From contig OZ242214.1 in the NCBI GenBank assembly GCA_965206595.1, positions 3,200,001 to 3,264,000 of the forward strand: DNA of 64,000 nt. Direction: 5' to 3'. Position numbers and translations under genes: made by a program. This stretch comes from Candidatus Latescibacterota bacterium (GTDB lineage: Bacteria > Latescibacterota > UBA2968 > UBA8231). Position 1 is the stretch's first letter; every line of letters begins with the position of its first letter. The notes beneath the pieces are model-generated. The model had not been told where the DNA came from, did not search any database, and was given only the letters and a program-made list of their open reading frames with translations. Positions 63,891 through 64,000 of this stretch are shown here, in pieces.

Positions 63891-64000
63891 CATGTTGGAA
63901 TGATCTGGAAACCTCGGTTCAAACCGACCTGGAAGAAGGCAACCTCATCGGCCTTGGGTGGCCCTACGTTGACTGGACGGCCCGGACTTCAACGACACCG

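Larger units (their letters stand above)
59762..64000 (+). pseudogene. Giant gene D: polysaccharide-lyase-14-like head, beta-helix-like linker, FN3 stalk; interrupted by IS630, frameshift near 63430
   Basis: Signal peptide MKRAILYAALCLSGTALA. Removing the IS restores the frame (GVVL|[10 protein letters not shown]). YLRYHVKL..KIPGLAG..GWSARL..YVYHL..WYRIEQRIKMNDPG..VWING motifs. Confidence 0.8.

Overview
GC-rich bacterial DNA. Gene content (PhyH dioxygenases, sulfatase, DUF6785-type membrane protein, FN3-rich giant proteins, C-terminal [TS]WGxxK tails) suggests a Latescibacterota/Poribacteria-like, possibly sponge-associated organism; this is an inference. Two intact blocks (about 1-7.8 kb and 20.9-33.1 kb) alternate with two accessory regions. 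Region 1 (7.9-20.7 kb) has the C-terminal half of an Abi/UG-type reverse transcriptase, four stacked IS elements (IS5, IS1595 fragment, IS630, ISL3) and a CotH / DUF4956-HlyD-TolC-VTC / CotH cluster that may be a trans-envelope polyphosphate synthesis/export system. Region 2 (33.1-64 kb) is a co-oriented array of four giant modular genes. They carry different N-terminal heads (two M6-like metalloproteases, a Vps62-like HEGDW domain, a PL14-like lyase) on a patchwork FN3 stalk, share a near-identical ~420 bp block, and each stalk is cut off shortly after that block. Between them sit small paralogous partner genes, most with a [TS]WGxxK C-terminal tail, and IS5, IS1380, IS481, IS701 and IS630 elements. 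Many frameshifts fall in homopolymers, so some pseudogene calls may be sequencing errors. All family assignments are from motif recognition by eye; no searches were run.
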